This document shows, piece by piece, positions 1 to 12,077 of a stretch of DNA of 64,000 nucleotides (position 1 is the stretch's first letter; each line of letters opens with the position of its first letter). The stretch comes from Camelus dromedarius (taxonomy: Eukaryota), in assembly GCF_036321535.1 (NCBI RefSeq), contig NC_087444.1, positions 27,342,001 to 27,406,000 of the forward strand, given 5' to 3'. The notes beneath the pieces are model-generated. The model did no database searches, was not told the DNA's origin, and was given only the letters and a program-made list of their open reading frames with translations. A program made the position numbers and the translations under genes.

Positions 1-414
1 ATGTTGATGTGAATTTGTGAAGGCTATTTTCACTCATCACTGACTTTTAATAGCACTTTGTACAGAGTAATTTGCAGCATAAACCTTGTTAATGTGTTAT
101 TGGTTATTTCAGAATCGTGTTGGATCCCAGGCCAGAGCCATTCCCCAGGCCACGGTTGGGATGTCCCAATACATTGGCACAGATATTCGAGGAGTAATTC
201 TCTGTGGTCGTTTTCTGTTCAAAATGTCATTTGGGAAGAGAGCAGAAGGTTAGCAGCTGTGGGTGTATGGTGTACATACCCCGTCCCGTATATCATATGA
301 ATGAGGTATGTGTGTTTCGGGCATGGTTCATAGATTTGAGGGGGTAGCCTTGATTTTTGATGCTGGCGCTTTTGCCCTAAGTTTCACTGCAGCCATTAAG
401 GTCATTATCACATG

Positions 415-848
415 TGTCCTTGAAACTTAGCATTTTGAGGCATATGCTGCCTGATTTCCAACTGCCAGCCCCTGTGAGTTTTTGAGTGCTTTCTCCGGCC
501 CCTGGATCCCACTTTGTTTTGAAGCAAGCTAGAAATGTTTGGAATTATTAGTCCTCGATCAGAAACCCATGTGAATTGGTGGAAAGAGAACACCTCTCCC
601 GGGATGGGCGTGGGAAGTGCAGACAGCCACGTGGCTATTCTGCTCGGCTCCCCGCGTTCCCCAGAGAAAGTCCCAGTCCCAGTTGCCCTCAGTGGTAATG
701 AGCATGAAAATCCACTCTTTCCCAGTTTCTGTCCCTTCCCTGTCCCATTCTCCCACTTCTTTGCTGGTTTTTCCTGAAATTTCCTCCCAAGAAAACCACT
801 TGCTCCCAAATCCTTGCCTTGCTGTCTTTTAGGGGGAAACCAGTTCAC
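415..848 (+). mobile_element. ERVL solo LTR, LTR16A-like
   Basis: Segments TTTCCAACTGCCAGCCCCTG, CCAGTTGCCCTCAGTGGTAA and CCTCCCAAGAAAACCACTTGCTCCCAAATCCTTG...GGGGGAAAC are collinear with the recalled LTR16A consensus. This explains the overlapping ORFs at 408-848. Confidence 0.7.
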
Positions 849-869
849 TTGCTTATTAAACGCTAGTTG

Positions 870-1400
870 GGAGCCTGTTCAGAGCAGGTGGCTGAGAACC
901 AGGTAATAGCCCTGCCTGGAAGAGCATAGACCCTGGTGAGCAGACATATGTTAAACCAGCAGACAGACGTGGAAGGATGGTTTTTTTTTGGATTGTACCT
1001 AAGTGTCCTGCTGGAAATAAACAGGACCGTGGGAGAGAGTGATTGATGGGAGAAGATGTTTATAGAGTGGTCATGAAGTGTCCTTCTATGAGCTGGTGAC
1101 CTGAGGCCTGGAGGATGAGAGGGAACCAGACCTGCAAAGACTAGGGCAACGTTGAAATGTTAAGCAACACAAAGGAGGATGCTGAGTTTGGAGTGTTGAG
1201 CATAGGGCAGTGTTGGGGATTTGATATGAGAATCACAGAAGGAAATGTGGGTATGATTAGACTCTCCAGGCTCTCATGGGCTGTGTTGAGATGTTATATT
1301 TTAAGGGAGAACAATAACTCAAGTTAAAATCCAAGTGAGGAAACTGGACCACATGCAAGTGAACATCACCAGCTGGAAAAGTGATTAGACTGGATGCTCA
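870..1400 (-). mobile_element. L2 LINE fragment (degenerate)
   Basis: Purine-rich antisense L2-like blocks (GAAGTGTCCTTCTATGAGCTGGTGACCTGAGGCCTGGAGGATGAG). Boundaries approximate. Confidence 0.45.
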
Positions 1401-1486
1401 TCGTTGTTGATAAAGGCTGGTTCAGGGCTTAGCAGTAATAAAGATGAAGATAAAAGGCAAGGAAGTAATATTTGCTGTGAACTTTC

Positions 1487-1584
1487 CTTTTTTCTTTTTT
1501 TAATATTGAGGTAGTGGGGATTGAACCCATGACCTTACACATGCTAAGCACGAGCTCTACCACTGAGCTATACTCAACCTATCC
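1487..1584 (-). mobile_element. Camelid tRNA-Ala-derived SINE (Vic-1 type)
   Basis: Reverse complement reads ...GTATAGCTCAGTGGTAGAGCTCGTGCTTAGCATGTGTAAGGTCATGGGTTCAATCCCCACTACCTC followed by an A-rich tail, which is tRNA-Ala(AGC)-like. A box TAGCTCAGTGG and B box GGTTCAATCC are present. 14-bp TSD TGCTGTGAA(C/T)TTTC at 1473-1486 and 1585-1598. Confidence 0.9.
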
Positions 1585-1609
1585 TGCTGTGAATTTTCTT
1601 AAGGTGACC

Positions 1610-1795
1610 CATTGGGCAAAGTGCTTTATGCTTGGTAACATCTCATTTTAATACTTTCAACTTTAGGTTGGGGTTGTTTCTCATCCCTCTTTACAAGAAG
1701 AAAAAATGGAAAATCACTAACCTACGTATACAGCTAGGTAGGTTACAAAGGATTAAGTTGAGATTTGAACCCAGATCTCTCTGGCCCCTGAACTA
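1610..1795 (-). mobile_element. MIR SINE
   Basis: Antisense MIR motifs (AAGTGCTTTATG...ATCTCATTTTAAT; GAGATTTGAACCCAGATCTCTCTGGC). Confidence 0.55.
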
Positions 1796-2662
1796 ATAAT
1801 GTTTCAGTTATTAAACTACCCTGCCATCTTTGCTTTATCAAAAACACTGTTCAAAATTATCAATAATTAGTAAATTACCAATAAGAAAATTAGTCTGAGA
1901 CCTGACTGAGTGAAGAAAATAAGAATCAGTTTATTAACTTCATTGCTATTTAACTCACGTCTCCTGTTCAATAAAAGTATTAATACATCTTGATCATTCT
2001 ACCTTGTCTAGCTTGGCATCAAGCTTTTTTTCTGCTCTATGTCTGTTTGCTAAGCTCCTAAGGCTTAATACTTGGGGTGTATGTGTGTGTGGCGGGGTAC
2101 CCTGCAGATGGAGTGGTTGACTGCACTTGGCATGTTCAGTAGGCAGAGACCAAAAAAAGGTAGGAAAAGGCTTATCTTAGTTCTGGCTATCTATAGTTGG
2201 AAATGAAAGTATTCCCTCAGCTGAGTTGCATCTCTAGGATTTGCTTAATTAGAGAAAAGCTTTGCCCATCCACTGTGGATGGATAAAGTGAGTCAATAAT
2301 CTCGTAACAACCCTTATCATATGTCAATAGAAAGAGAAGGAAGAGGCATGAATGTAAACAGAGGGATATGTTTATTACTCTCTGCACCCCCCCCCACCTA
2401 CTATTAATGAGCAATTTAGTCCCTTCTTGGCTTGTTTAGCTAAAGAAATGGCTGCTGGCTCCCAGGGAAAGCCTTCGGTTGGGGTGATGGGGTGTAGTGT
2501 GGGGCGGGGCAGGGAGTCCATTAAAGTCTGGAACACTTGCTGGATTAATATTAGCAATTCTGTTTGGACTTACTTTGAATTTCATATTAACAATATTGAG
2601 TTCAGTAGCTGAGTCAAATCAGTCCAGCTGATTTTAATATTTTGACTGACATGACCTATTAA

Positions 2663-3480
2663 CTCACTCATTTAAAAAATAATTATTAAGCACCTACTAT
2701 GTGCTGAGCACAGATGATATAGCCATAAACACAACACCAAAGGTACCTACTCCTGTGGAGCTTTGGTCCAGTGGGAGTTTCAGACAAATCCCCAAACACA
2801 AGGTAGGTACATATATTATAATGCTAAAACAGTGACGTAAAGAGATGGGGATCGTTTTCAGAGAGGATGGTCAAGGAAGGCATCTGAGGAGGTGATAATT
2901 AGTTGAAATCCGAGCGTCCAGGATGCCACCATGCAACAATGTGGGAGAAGAGCTTTTCAGAGAAGGGAAAATGAAGATACAAAAGTCCCAGGGCAGGAGT
3001 GACTTTAGTGCATTTAAAGATCAGAAATAAAGCCACATGGCATCAGCTGAGGAACCAAGGGGGAGAGATGTGAAAGAGATGTTGGTCTGTAGGCAGGGTG
3101 AGGATTGTGTTGGGAAACCGTTAGACGGTTTTCATCAGACTCATAACATGACTCATTCTGGCTTAAGAGAACAAGACCAGAACAGTAGCCAAGGAGCAAT
3201 GGCAACTGTTGGGGAAGAAACACTGGTGTCTGTCATCAGGCAGTGGAGGATATAGAGTGAGCAGTGAGTCGATTTGGGAAAGGCTTTGGAGGTAATTCAA
3301 CAGGATTTGCTGATGAGTCAGATGACAGGAGGGAGAAAGAGGGACTACGGATAGCTCCTGGAAGGTGGGCCAGACTGACAGAGTGGTACCATTTCCAGGG
3401 ATGAAGATCACCAAGAGAGAAACTGCCTTAAAAAATAAAGGAAGAGTTTTGTTTTAGCCCTGGTTTTTAGACATTTAAGT
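2663..3480 (-). mobile_element. L2 LINE 3' portion
   Basis: Begins with the antisense L2 3' end (TCACTCATTTAAAAAATAATTATTAAGCACCTACTATGTGCTGAGCAC) and continues through the typical purine-rich L2 body. Confidence 0.75.
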
Positions 3481-3859
3481 GTAGAAGTCATATGGGAAAT
3501 TCTGTACAGTATTCCAGACTAGTTGCTATTCTGTCTAGTAAAAATCAAAATTTAAAACTCAGACTAGTTAAAGTGAATATTTAGCTTGACAAGGTCCAAA
3601 TCCTTGCTTATGTAATAATAATAATCTTTGTTCTTTGAGTCTTTGTCCAGAGTAAGACACAGTTCCATATGTTACTCATATACTTCTGATGAACTTTTGA
3701 TGAATACTTTCACCTTGAAGTACGGTATATGTGTGTGTTAAACACAACAGTGAGACAGAGGGATAATCTTTTATTCCTTCCAGGCACTTTGCACACACAT
3801 TGGCTTTGTAAGTCTCACAGTAAACCTATGAAATTGGTACTTGTATCATTATGATTAAA

Positions 3860-4240
3860 TTCATCTTTGGATAACATAATTTCCCACAGTGCTTTAAACA
3901 CAAAAGACTTATTCCCACAAGTAAAAGAATATTCAGAGCTAGGCAATCCAAGGGTGGTATGGCAGCTTCATAAAGTGACCAAGGGACACAGAGCCTTGAG
4001 GCTCTGCTGTTTTTAGCATGCTGCCTCATGGTCCAAAATAGCTGCAGAAGCTCCAGCCATTATATATACATTCCAAGACACAAGAAAGTAGATATGGAAG
4101 ACCATACCCCTTCTTCTTAAAGGTTATTTTTGAAAGTATGCTACCACACTTCTGCTTATAATTCATTGTCATATGTCTACACCTAGCCTCAAGGGAGTCT
4201 GGGAAAATAGTCTGTTAGTAGAGTGACATTTGCTGAGAGA
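3860..4240 (-). mobile_element. MaLR solo LTR, MLT1J/K-like
   Basis: TGCCTCATGGTCCAAAATAGCTGCAGAAGCTCCAGCCATTATATATACATTCCAAG and ACTTCTGCTTATAATTCATTG resemble old MLT1 antisense motifs. Confidence 0.55.
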
Positions 4241-5394
4241 GAAAGAGACAGTAGATATTAGCAAGCATCTAGGAGCTTTGTCTTTGTCCTAGCATCCCTA
4301 CTTTCCTTGCCCAAAACCACAGAACTTAAAACAGAAAGGCAGGGCCGAGACCTAACTTTTACTATTACTTGTTCTCCTATTTTCTGCCTTTCCTATACTC
4401 AGCTCTTCTATTATCTTCACAGTTTAGAAAATGGCTTGTTTTTTCTCAAACACCCTCTCAGAGCTATTTATTTTCCCATTTTTAGCACCAGGGTCTTTCT
4501 CTGAGTTCTGCAAGGTGTTATGGGGAATAGAAGAAAGGGAGAGTACTGATTTCAACCTTGCAATGCAATCTCCCCCAGCTTCCATAAATCAGCAGGTTTT
4601 CGGGAGATGGCAAGGAGAGCACCATCTGATTTTTACACACCTGATTCACAATAAAATCTGCACAGGGGCTTCTGGGGTGCTCATTTTCCCAAAAGGCTGA
4701 AGCAGCAGAAATCTATCTATTGTATTAGGGGTAGATTCACCCTTTTAGAAGTAACTGGGAAGTGCTGGTACAGAACCTTTTAACTTTCAATATCCATTTT
4801 TAATACAGCTGGGTGGAACATATCTGCATGTGTCCTGAGACTCGCTGAGAGGATCCTTAGTGACTTTTCTGCTACAAACCAAAAATTCATTTAAAAAATA
4901 AGAATAACAGTGAATGCCTAGATCTCAGTTCTCTTTCACTGGCATGAATGTACGGCTCTGTGACATTCAATAGTGGTAATTCCTCTTGCTCTAGGAGACC
5001 CATCCCCTTCCCTCCTCTGATCTATCTATAGCCACTGGATTATATGACTGGAAACCAGAATCTTAAGGTTAGCATTAGTGTCTACAATTTGGGGACCGTG
5101 TGTCAACGTAAAGGCAAAGCATGTCTCACTGGCAAACAGAAATACCAGTTAGCTTGACACGGGGAAACCACTTCAAGTCTTGGGTCTCAGGTTTCCTTAC
5201 CTGCTGAAGGAGGTTGGTTTAGACCATTTGAAATTTAACTTGTTCCTGAACAGGGCGAGTGGGTAATGAGAGCTGTGGTCGGTTATCTTAAGCATGAAGT
5301 CCCGTGAGCAGGAGTTCCCAGCAGGGGTCTGTTAAGTGAGCTCTCTTGATGAAACATCCCTTCTTGTACTGCACAGGAGGGCGTGCTTTGCCTG

Positions 5395-5555
5395 CATCTT
5401 CTCATGCAGTCCTCTTGGTACCTTGATAACATAGTTGCTGTCATCCACATCTTACTGTTGGGGAAACTGAGGCTGAGAGAAATGAGTAACTCACTCACAC
5501 TTTCTGTCTCATAAGTAGTAGAACCCGGATTGGAACTCAGACATATGACACCAAT
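5395..5555 (-). mobile_element. MIR SINE
   Basis: Core CACATCTTACTGTTGGGGAAACTGAGGCTGAGAGAAATGAGTAACT...GGATTGGAACTCAG. Confidence 0.6.
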
Positions 5556-6625
5556 ATATGGGCTTTCTTTCAGGGAAGCCAATTCATTACATGTGTATTC
5601 AAGAGAAATTAAGTTTTAAAACTTAGCGGCCCTGGGCATAAGTAAGTTAAACCATATGAAATTGCCAATACTTGATGGTATTTGTGCTACAACAATGTCA
5701 ATCCCATGTGGTTCAATCAGTAGATAAAATCATCCCTTTCCAAGTCATTTTACTCAACATGGGGCTTGGCAAATACAATTACTGAAGGGCTACTCTCATG
5801 TTAATATTCTAGAATGTGTAATTCTAGTCCCAGTAGGCATAGTATCCTCATCTAAACCCAGTAAGCAATGGCATCGTCAAAAGTCTTGGTCATTACTCCT
5901 TGCAAAATATCTGTCATCTGTTTTCTGCGTTCAGCCATGATCCACTGTCTCACCAGAGATAGGAACAATACTTTCTAAATGGTAGGTCTTTTTGTGTAAT
6001 TAATGTAGTTGCATTTCAGAAAAAAAAAACAAAACAAAACTTTACTGCTACAAAGCTTCAATTACAAAAAATAAAAAGATTTATGCCCAGAGAAGTTTAC
6101 TGCAACAAGATTCACAATGTGCATATGATCTCAACCAATACAGAAAAACATGACTGGGGAATATACTAGGGTTCTACTAGCAATTGCCTACGGAACAGAG
6201 CTGAATTTTATTTTATTTTCTCCCTGCTCCTTTACATTTTCACATTCCTTCTAACTTTCCTGTCTTCTGTTATGCCATATGAGAAGAAAATCAAAGAAAA
6301 TCCTAAAAAGTAAAAGAAAACTCTTCAAAAATAGTATTTTAATATGGCAGGACAGAGATATTAATGTGAAAAGGAAGTCTTATTCTGTCTTTTGAAGAAG
6401 AGAGATGTTGATTTGCTCAGAGAGGAGCTCAGTGGATCTACAAAAGGAATGTGCAGACCCAGGGAAGAGAAGGAAAAGGAAAAGGATGGAGCAGAGTGAT
6501 TGTCAGCTGGGAGGTGACAAGAAGAAAAGGAAGCTAGTGTTGCCAAGTGTTGATCTCTCCCTGTGATGCCACATCCTCTGGTAGCCCCAAATCTAATTTA
6601 GAGTCCCTTGGTCCAGCCTCGTATA

Positions 6626-6724
6626 AGATGACCACATAAACTTACCCTGTTTAACCAGGACCTCCTAGTATTAACACTGAAAGTTCCAGATCCTGGGAAT
6701 GTGCTGGGGGAAGGTTGGTCACCT
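6626..6724 (-). mobile_element. hAT-Blackjack MITE, MER94-like
   Basis: Degenerate TIRs AGATGACCA and TTGGTCACCT with internal TTAACACTGAAAGTTCCAGATCCTGGGAA. Confidence 0.6.
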
Positions 6725-7183
6725 GCCTGTCACAGCTCTGCTCCTCTCCCACTGCTTCACATGGCTGTAGCACAATGTTATGGTTATTACCATTTAGCAC
6801 AGTTGTTGTAAGATGTGTAGTTTCCTTATCTCTGCAGTTTCCTTATATCTGTCTTCTCCCATTAGTACATTTCACGAGGGCAAAAACTATCCTGGTGTCT
6901 TTAAGTTGTGGGTATTCACGGATTTACTGAATGAGGTAACACACAGCACAGGCAGTCCAGGCTGAGTGTGTGTGAGACAGGGGACAGGGGAGAGAGCCCG
7001 GTGTGTTCAGTAGCTGAGAGTCTTCCTGCATGGCCCGTGAAGGGTCAAGGCTGGAGTGAGACCATTTGAGAGCGTTAGCCTTCTGGGGACCATCAAACCC
7101 TATCACTGCTGCAAGCGATGGGCCCGCTCCCCACAGAAATGCACAACTGCACATCGTTTTGCGTAGAGATTCAGAGTTTAGAG

Positions 7184-7398
7184 CAAGCGTGGCAGAACTA
7201 TAGCCCACAGGTCACATCCGGCCAGTGGCATGTTGTTTTGTAACAAAGTTGTGTTGAAACAGAGCCACAGCCGTTCGTTTACATACTGCCTGTGGCTGCT
7301 TTCTTGCTCAGGCGCAGAGCTGAGTGGTTGTAATACACAGTGTGATGAACTTGCAAAGTCTTGAATATACCTTTTGGCCCTTGACAGAAAAAGTTTGC
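7184..7398 (+). mobile_element. hAT-Charlie MITE MER58A
   Basis: Collinear with recalled MER58A from GGCAGAACTATAGCCCACAGGTCACATCCGGCC to TGGCCCTTGACAGAAAAAGTTTGC. Right TIR appears clipped. Confidence 0.85.
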
Positions 7399-8388
7399 TT
7401 AGAGAGCACTGAGAGTTCGGGGGGTGCCTAGACCCAGGTGAAACCCTTGCTATAGAAGTTAGAGAGCCACTGAAGACTGTTAGAGATGACAGCGGATGCG
7501 TCCGTCCCCCTCTCGGGGTGATGGCTCTGGCTGCCGGGTGGAGGTGTGCAAAGCATGAGGCCAGGAGTGCGGGAAGCTTTGTAGCGAAAGCCCGGAGGAG
7601 AGACGATAGACCCTGAAGGAGAGCAGGGTGGGGAGAGGGGAGCACAGGTACTTGGATGCCCACCTTTCCACCTCTGCTCTGCTCCTCCACACTCTCAGCT
7701 GTGCCCGATGGAAATGCCCCCAGCAGTTCTGGTCCGCACTTGACCACGGGCTGTGGGGTTCCATACAGATATTGTCAAATCAGCTCCTCTAAGGCTCACT
7801 GCTGGCAACGCTCACAGCTCTAGTCAGGGAATTCACTTGTCCGCTTCTGCTTTGTGCAGTGCTGGCTTTAAAAAGATCTAAACCCCAAAATTGAAAAAGA
7901 AAATCTAAAACCCTGTGGGGTTCACAGAGAGAGTCAAAGAGCAAGAGCTTATTGTTAGCATTCAAAACAACCTCTGCCTTTGAAATGTGAGGTCTTGACT
8001 GTTCTGCGTCAGGACAAAATTATATGTGATGAGATCTCACGCCTCAACCTTGTGCCAGTGCACCAGCCGTTGTCCGTGATGCCGGGAGGTAACAAGAAAT
8101 AGAGGGAGAATAGAAGCATGTACCCTCAGGTCTGCTTTCCCCAGGGAAGCCCCTCTTCCCATTCACAGGGTCAGAGTTCAGGGGCCACATGTGGGATTAG
8201 ATACTGGGTGAATGCTCATCTCTACATTAACCTCCAATTTTTTTCTCCGCTTGGAAGAGCCTTGTGCTATTATTGCCATAAACAGTGCTTTGAAGGAAGG
8301 GCTCAGCCAGTGCTGGGCAGTTGTGGGGTCTAGGAGCAATGACCAGAGGGGGAAAGAACCATGAGGAGAAATGGCCCTGATCTTGCTA

Positions 8389-8727
8389 GTGTGGACGGAC
8401 CTCAAAACCATTATGCTAATTGAAAGGAGCCAGTCACAAAGGACTGCAGACTGTATGAGTCCATTTACGTGAAACGTCTAGAACAGGCAAATCCACAGAG
8501 ACGGAAGGTGGATTAGTGGTTGCCAGCAGCTGGGGGGAGTGGTGAATGGGGAGTGAGGGCTTAGTTGGTACACGGGGGGTTACTTTGGAGCGATGGAAAG
8601 ATTTTGGAACCAGATAGAGGTGGTTTGCACAACATCGTGAATATCCTAAATGCCACTGAACTGTTCACTTTAAAATGGTTAATTTTATGTTATGTGGATT
8701 TCATCTCAATAAATGACTCAAAAAAAG
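8389..8727 (+). mobile_element. L1MB-type LINE-1 3' end
   Basis: GGACCTCAAAACCATTATGCTAATTGAAAGGAGCCAGTCACAAAGG...ACTGAACTGTTCACTTTAAAATGGTTAATTTTATGTTATGTGGATTTCATCTCAATAAA followed by an A-rich tail. Confidence 0.85.
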
Positions 8728-8899
8728 AAAAGGAGGGGGAGGAGGAAAGGATGGACATGGCCCTTGAAGGTCCGTCTTCCTCCTATGGGATTCCGAGCAG
8801 CCATCTGCATCCAAAGAGCATGTGGAGCTGCCTCCTGTATGTAGGTGGCCGTATTAATCCTTCCGTGTTTATTTTCTCCCTGTATCCTGCCACCACGTG

Positions 8900-9110
8900 C
8901 CATTGATTTACCCTTAAACCTCTCAAGTCCACCTGTTCCTTACCTGTCTCACTGTCACTACCTTTCTCTAGAACTTTCACCTCCCCAGACCAGGAAATGC
9001 CCTCTCTCCCTGCCTCCAGTTTCCTGGCCTCCTCTCCACCCTCCACCCTCTGACCAGAGAAATCTCCATAACACACCTCTTGCACAGTGTCACAGTGCCA
9101 TGCTGCTGTG
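8900..9110 (+). mobile_element. L2 LINE fragment
   Basis: Pyrimidine-rich L2-like text (CTCCCTGCCTCCAGTTTCCTGGCCTCCTCTCCACCCTCCAC...GACCAGAGAAATC). Confidence 0.45.
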
Positions 9111-9464
9111 CCCTGTGGCTCTTCTGGCTCCATGACCTTTGTAGAGAGTCCTAGTTCACGAACTCGGTGTGATAACCTGAAGAGGACCTTGAACCTGGAT
9201 TTGGATGCTCCTCCACATCCTGATTCCAACACCGACTAGTGTGGTACCTCGACCTGTTCGTGAGTGTGTTTATTAACACAGGCTCGGTTTTGTTTCTCCC
9301 TTTTGTTGTGTGGTAGTAGTGACAGTCCAGTGTGGGGTCTGGTGAGACCCTAGGGAGATCCTATATGGCTGAGAGTTACTGAGCACTTGCTCTGGCAGAC
9401 TCTGGACCAAGGACGTTTGAATTTTCTCAAGTAATAGAAGACTGCATTCAGCCTGAGGCTCTGT

Positions 9465-9711
9465 NNNNNNNNNNNNNNNNNNNNNNNNNNNNNNNNNNNN
9501 NNNNNNNNNNNNNNNNNNNNNNNNNNNNNNNNNNNNNNNNNNNNNNNNNNNNNNNNNNNNNNNNNNNNNNNNNNNNNNNNNNNNNNNNNNNNNNNNNNNN
9601 NNNNNNNNNNNNNNNNNNNNNNNNNNNNNNNNNNNNNNNNNNNNNNNNNNNNNNNNNNNNNNNNNNNNNNNNNNNNNNNNNNNNNNNNNNNNNNNNNNNN
9701 NNNNNNNNNNN
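9465..9711. other. Assembly gap (247 N)
   Basis: Run of N. Confidence 0.99.
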
Positions 9712-10589
9712 GTCCCTTTCAATGTGGTCTCATGCTTTAACTCATTGCTCTTACTCTGTACGTGGTAGATCAGTTTTACCACCCATACCTGTCTTGTGCG
9801 TGATGGTCTCTGCCCCATAGTCTGGCCTGACCCCTCTGCCTGGAGCTCCCATCTTTTCCTCAGAGCTGGGCTGCTTGCAGTATCTCTAGGTAGCACAGTT
9901 TGCCTCCAGAAAAGGTCTGGGAGGACTGTGGCTATCTTCCCAAAGATTTCTCAGACTCAAGCTGCATCTCCAAAACTTGAGGTAGCCGTGGGGAGTCGAG
10001 AGAGGCAGAGACCCTTGGATTTGCTCCTAAGCCTCCAGCAGAAATTCACAGCCACCCGCACAGCTGTGTATCCCAGAGTTGTCCCACAGGAATGTACATC
10101 CTGGTTGGCTAAATTTTAATCATTCAAAAATTTGCATGCACATGTCTTACAAAGACCTTCATCTTTGGTTAAAGTACCAGTTTTGGGTGGGGCATTTCTT
10201 GTAGATGCCACGAATCTTCTGACGGAAGCCACATGCTCACCTTTAGTGTGGCTGATCCAGGGTCTTGACTTCCTGCCCTGGGATGGACCGACCTGCTTGT
10301 CACACATGGTCTAGCAGCTTGGTTGCTGCTGGGCAGCATCTGCTTTCCCTTTGACAATTCAGGTTGTAACCAAGAGGCCTGATGAGGTCAGAGGCCCATA
10401 AGGTGACAGGAGAGTGACAGTTGATTCTTTTGTGATCACTTGACAGATAATGTGGCTTTCCAGATACCCAGACAAAAACAAACTTCTTCCCTCCCTCTGT
10501 TCCCCTTTTATTCTAATTCTAGTCTTGGACCTGGCTGAAAGGGAGCACATAGGCTCCGAGTCTGGGCTGGGATGTCATGAACGGAGTTT

Positions 10590-11100
10590 GGTTTATTGAT
10601 TCCTTGAATACATGTTTATTCAGCATGTACTCTGTGTCAGGAATTAAGCTAGGTGTTGGAATACGAGGTGAAGCACTTGAACATGGTCACAGCCCTCCCA
10701 AAGTTTATCACATAGTAGGGATAACAATTAAATAAGGAATTACCATCAGACGGTGTTGAGCACAATGGTAGAAATCAGAGTGAACTATAGGAAGGTAAAA
10801 CAGAGGCATCTCCCAGGTAAGGAGTAGTCTGGGAATGCTTCCTGTAGGAGTTAACATGTGAGCTGAGACTTGAAGAATGAGCCGTAGGAGAGTGTTATAG
10901 GCAACTAGACCAGCAAAGGTCAGAAGTGAGCAGCAGGGTGGCACATTTGGGGAAATAAAAGGGGGTCAGTGTGGCTGTAGTGGGTGGAGAATTATGTTGG
11001 GTTGGAGGGGATGAGGAGGGTGGGGAAAAGTGAGAGATGGGGCTGGCAAAAGTAGCTGGACCTGACGTCCAAAGTGCCTCCCTGGTCCCAGGGCACCAGA
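10590..11100 (-). mobile_element. L2 LINE 3' portion
   Basis: TTCCTTGAATACATGTTTATTCAGCATGTACTCTGTGTCAGG at the start; GCTTCCTGTAGGAGTTAACATGTGAGCTGAGACTTGAAGAATGAG internally. Confidence 0.7.
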
Positions 11101-11529
11101 GAGAGCCCCTTCTGCACTGGGTTATTGGTAGGGCTGGACTCATAGGCTCCTCTGAATTCTAGCTCCCCCAACACTTCAGAGCAAGTCACTCCTACTCTGA
11201 ACCTTGGTGCCTTCATTTATAAAGGGACACAGTTGACCTGGCTACACACAGAGATGGGAGGATTGGAGGATGAGTGCCAGGTTCAACTACCATGTGGTCA
11301 AGGCTTCCCCGGAGATGCTGACGCTGCAGCTGCTGCTCAGACCTGGCCCTCCGCCGCCTCTGGCCTCAGCCGGCAGACATCGAGCCGGCAAGGCTGGCCA
11401 GTAAGCAAGCCGGCAGGAGGAGTGTCTAGCTCACTCAGCCATAGACAGCACACCTGCAATTTTTCCCTGGCTTGGAGGGGAGGGCTTGAGCACCAAATAG
11501 ATGTAGACATGGCTCTTTATTCTGTTATC

Positions 11530-11705
11530 TGCTCATTTTGTTCACTCACTCACTCACTCATTTGCTCCAGCATAACTTGCCTGTTGTGTGTGAGGATGCT
11601 CTCGGCTTCAGGGAGACACCAGGCGTGGGGAGCCAGGCAGACATGATCCTTGTCACAGTCAGAGACCTTACCATCTAACATGGAAGAGAGTAATCAAACA
11701 GAGAA
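11530..11705 (-). mobile_element. L2 LINE 3' end
   Basis: TCACTCACTCACTCATTTGCTCCAGCATAACTTGCCTGTTGTGTGTGAGG...CAGACATGATCCTTGTC. Confidence 0.55.
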
Positions 11706-11789
11706 GTACAAAAATAATCACAGCCGTCAGAGGAGCTGGAAAGGACTGGTAAGCAGAGCGTTCGCAGGGCCACTTAACCATATGGAAGT

Positions 11790-11885
11790 TTTCAGTTTGA
11801 ATCTTGGCTCTACTGATTGTCAGGTGGGAAGGTTCCTGGACCCATCTATGCCTCAGTTTCTTCATCCTGCAAAATGGACCAAACC
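11790..11885 (+). mobile_element. MIR SINE core
   Basis: TTTGAATCTTGGCTCTACT...ATGCCTCAGTTTCTTCATCCTGCAAAATGG. Confidence 0.6.
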
Positions 11886-11895
11886 ATGTGAGAAA

Positions 11896-12070
11896 AGGTG
11901 GTTTTAAACTTTGCTGCATCGGAAACACCTGGAGAGATCTTAAAAATCCCAGTGCCCAGACTGTACCCACATCAACTCAGTCAAGATCTCTGGGAGTGGG
12001 ACCCAGACACTAAAACATTCTTGGAGATTCCTGGGTGATGGCAGTGTGCAGCCAGGTCTGGGGACCAGCG
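11896..12070 (+). mobile_element. hAT-Charlie MITE MER5B-like
   Basis: GGTGGTTTTAAACTTTGCTGCATCGGAAACACCTGGAGAG...CCTGGGTGATGGCAGTGTGCAGCCAGGTCTGGGGACCAG. Confidence 0.75.
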
Positions 12071-12077
12071 TTCTAGC

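Noticed and set aside
408-848. Four overlapping ORFs (up to 146 aa) and an apparent exon at 833-902
   Set aside because: They lie in an LTR16A-like LTR and the adjoining L2, and show no protein similarity I recognise.
5195-5255. Apparent minus-strand exon (cttac...ctgaacagg)
   Set aside because: It is a decayed MIR core (GGGTCTCAGGTTTCCTTACCTG...).
7178-7747. 189-aa minus-strand ORF
   Set aside because: Non-ATG start, the C-terminal part is MER58A sequence, and it has no recognisable domain.
9273-9896. 207-aa ORF and the other X-containing ORFs outside the L1
   Set aside because: Their length comes from reading through N gaps.
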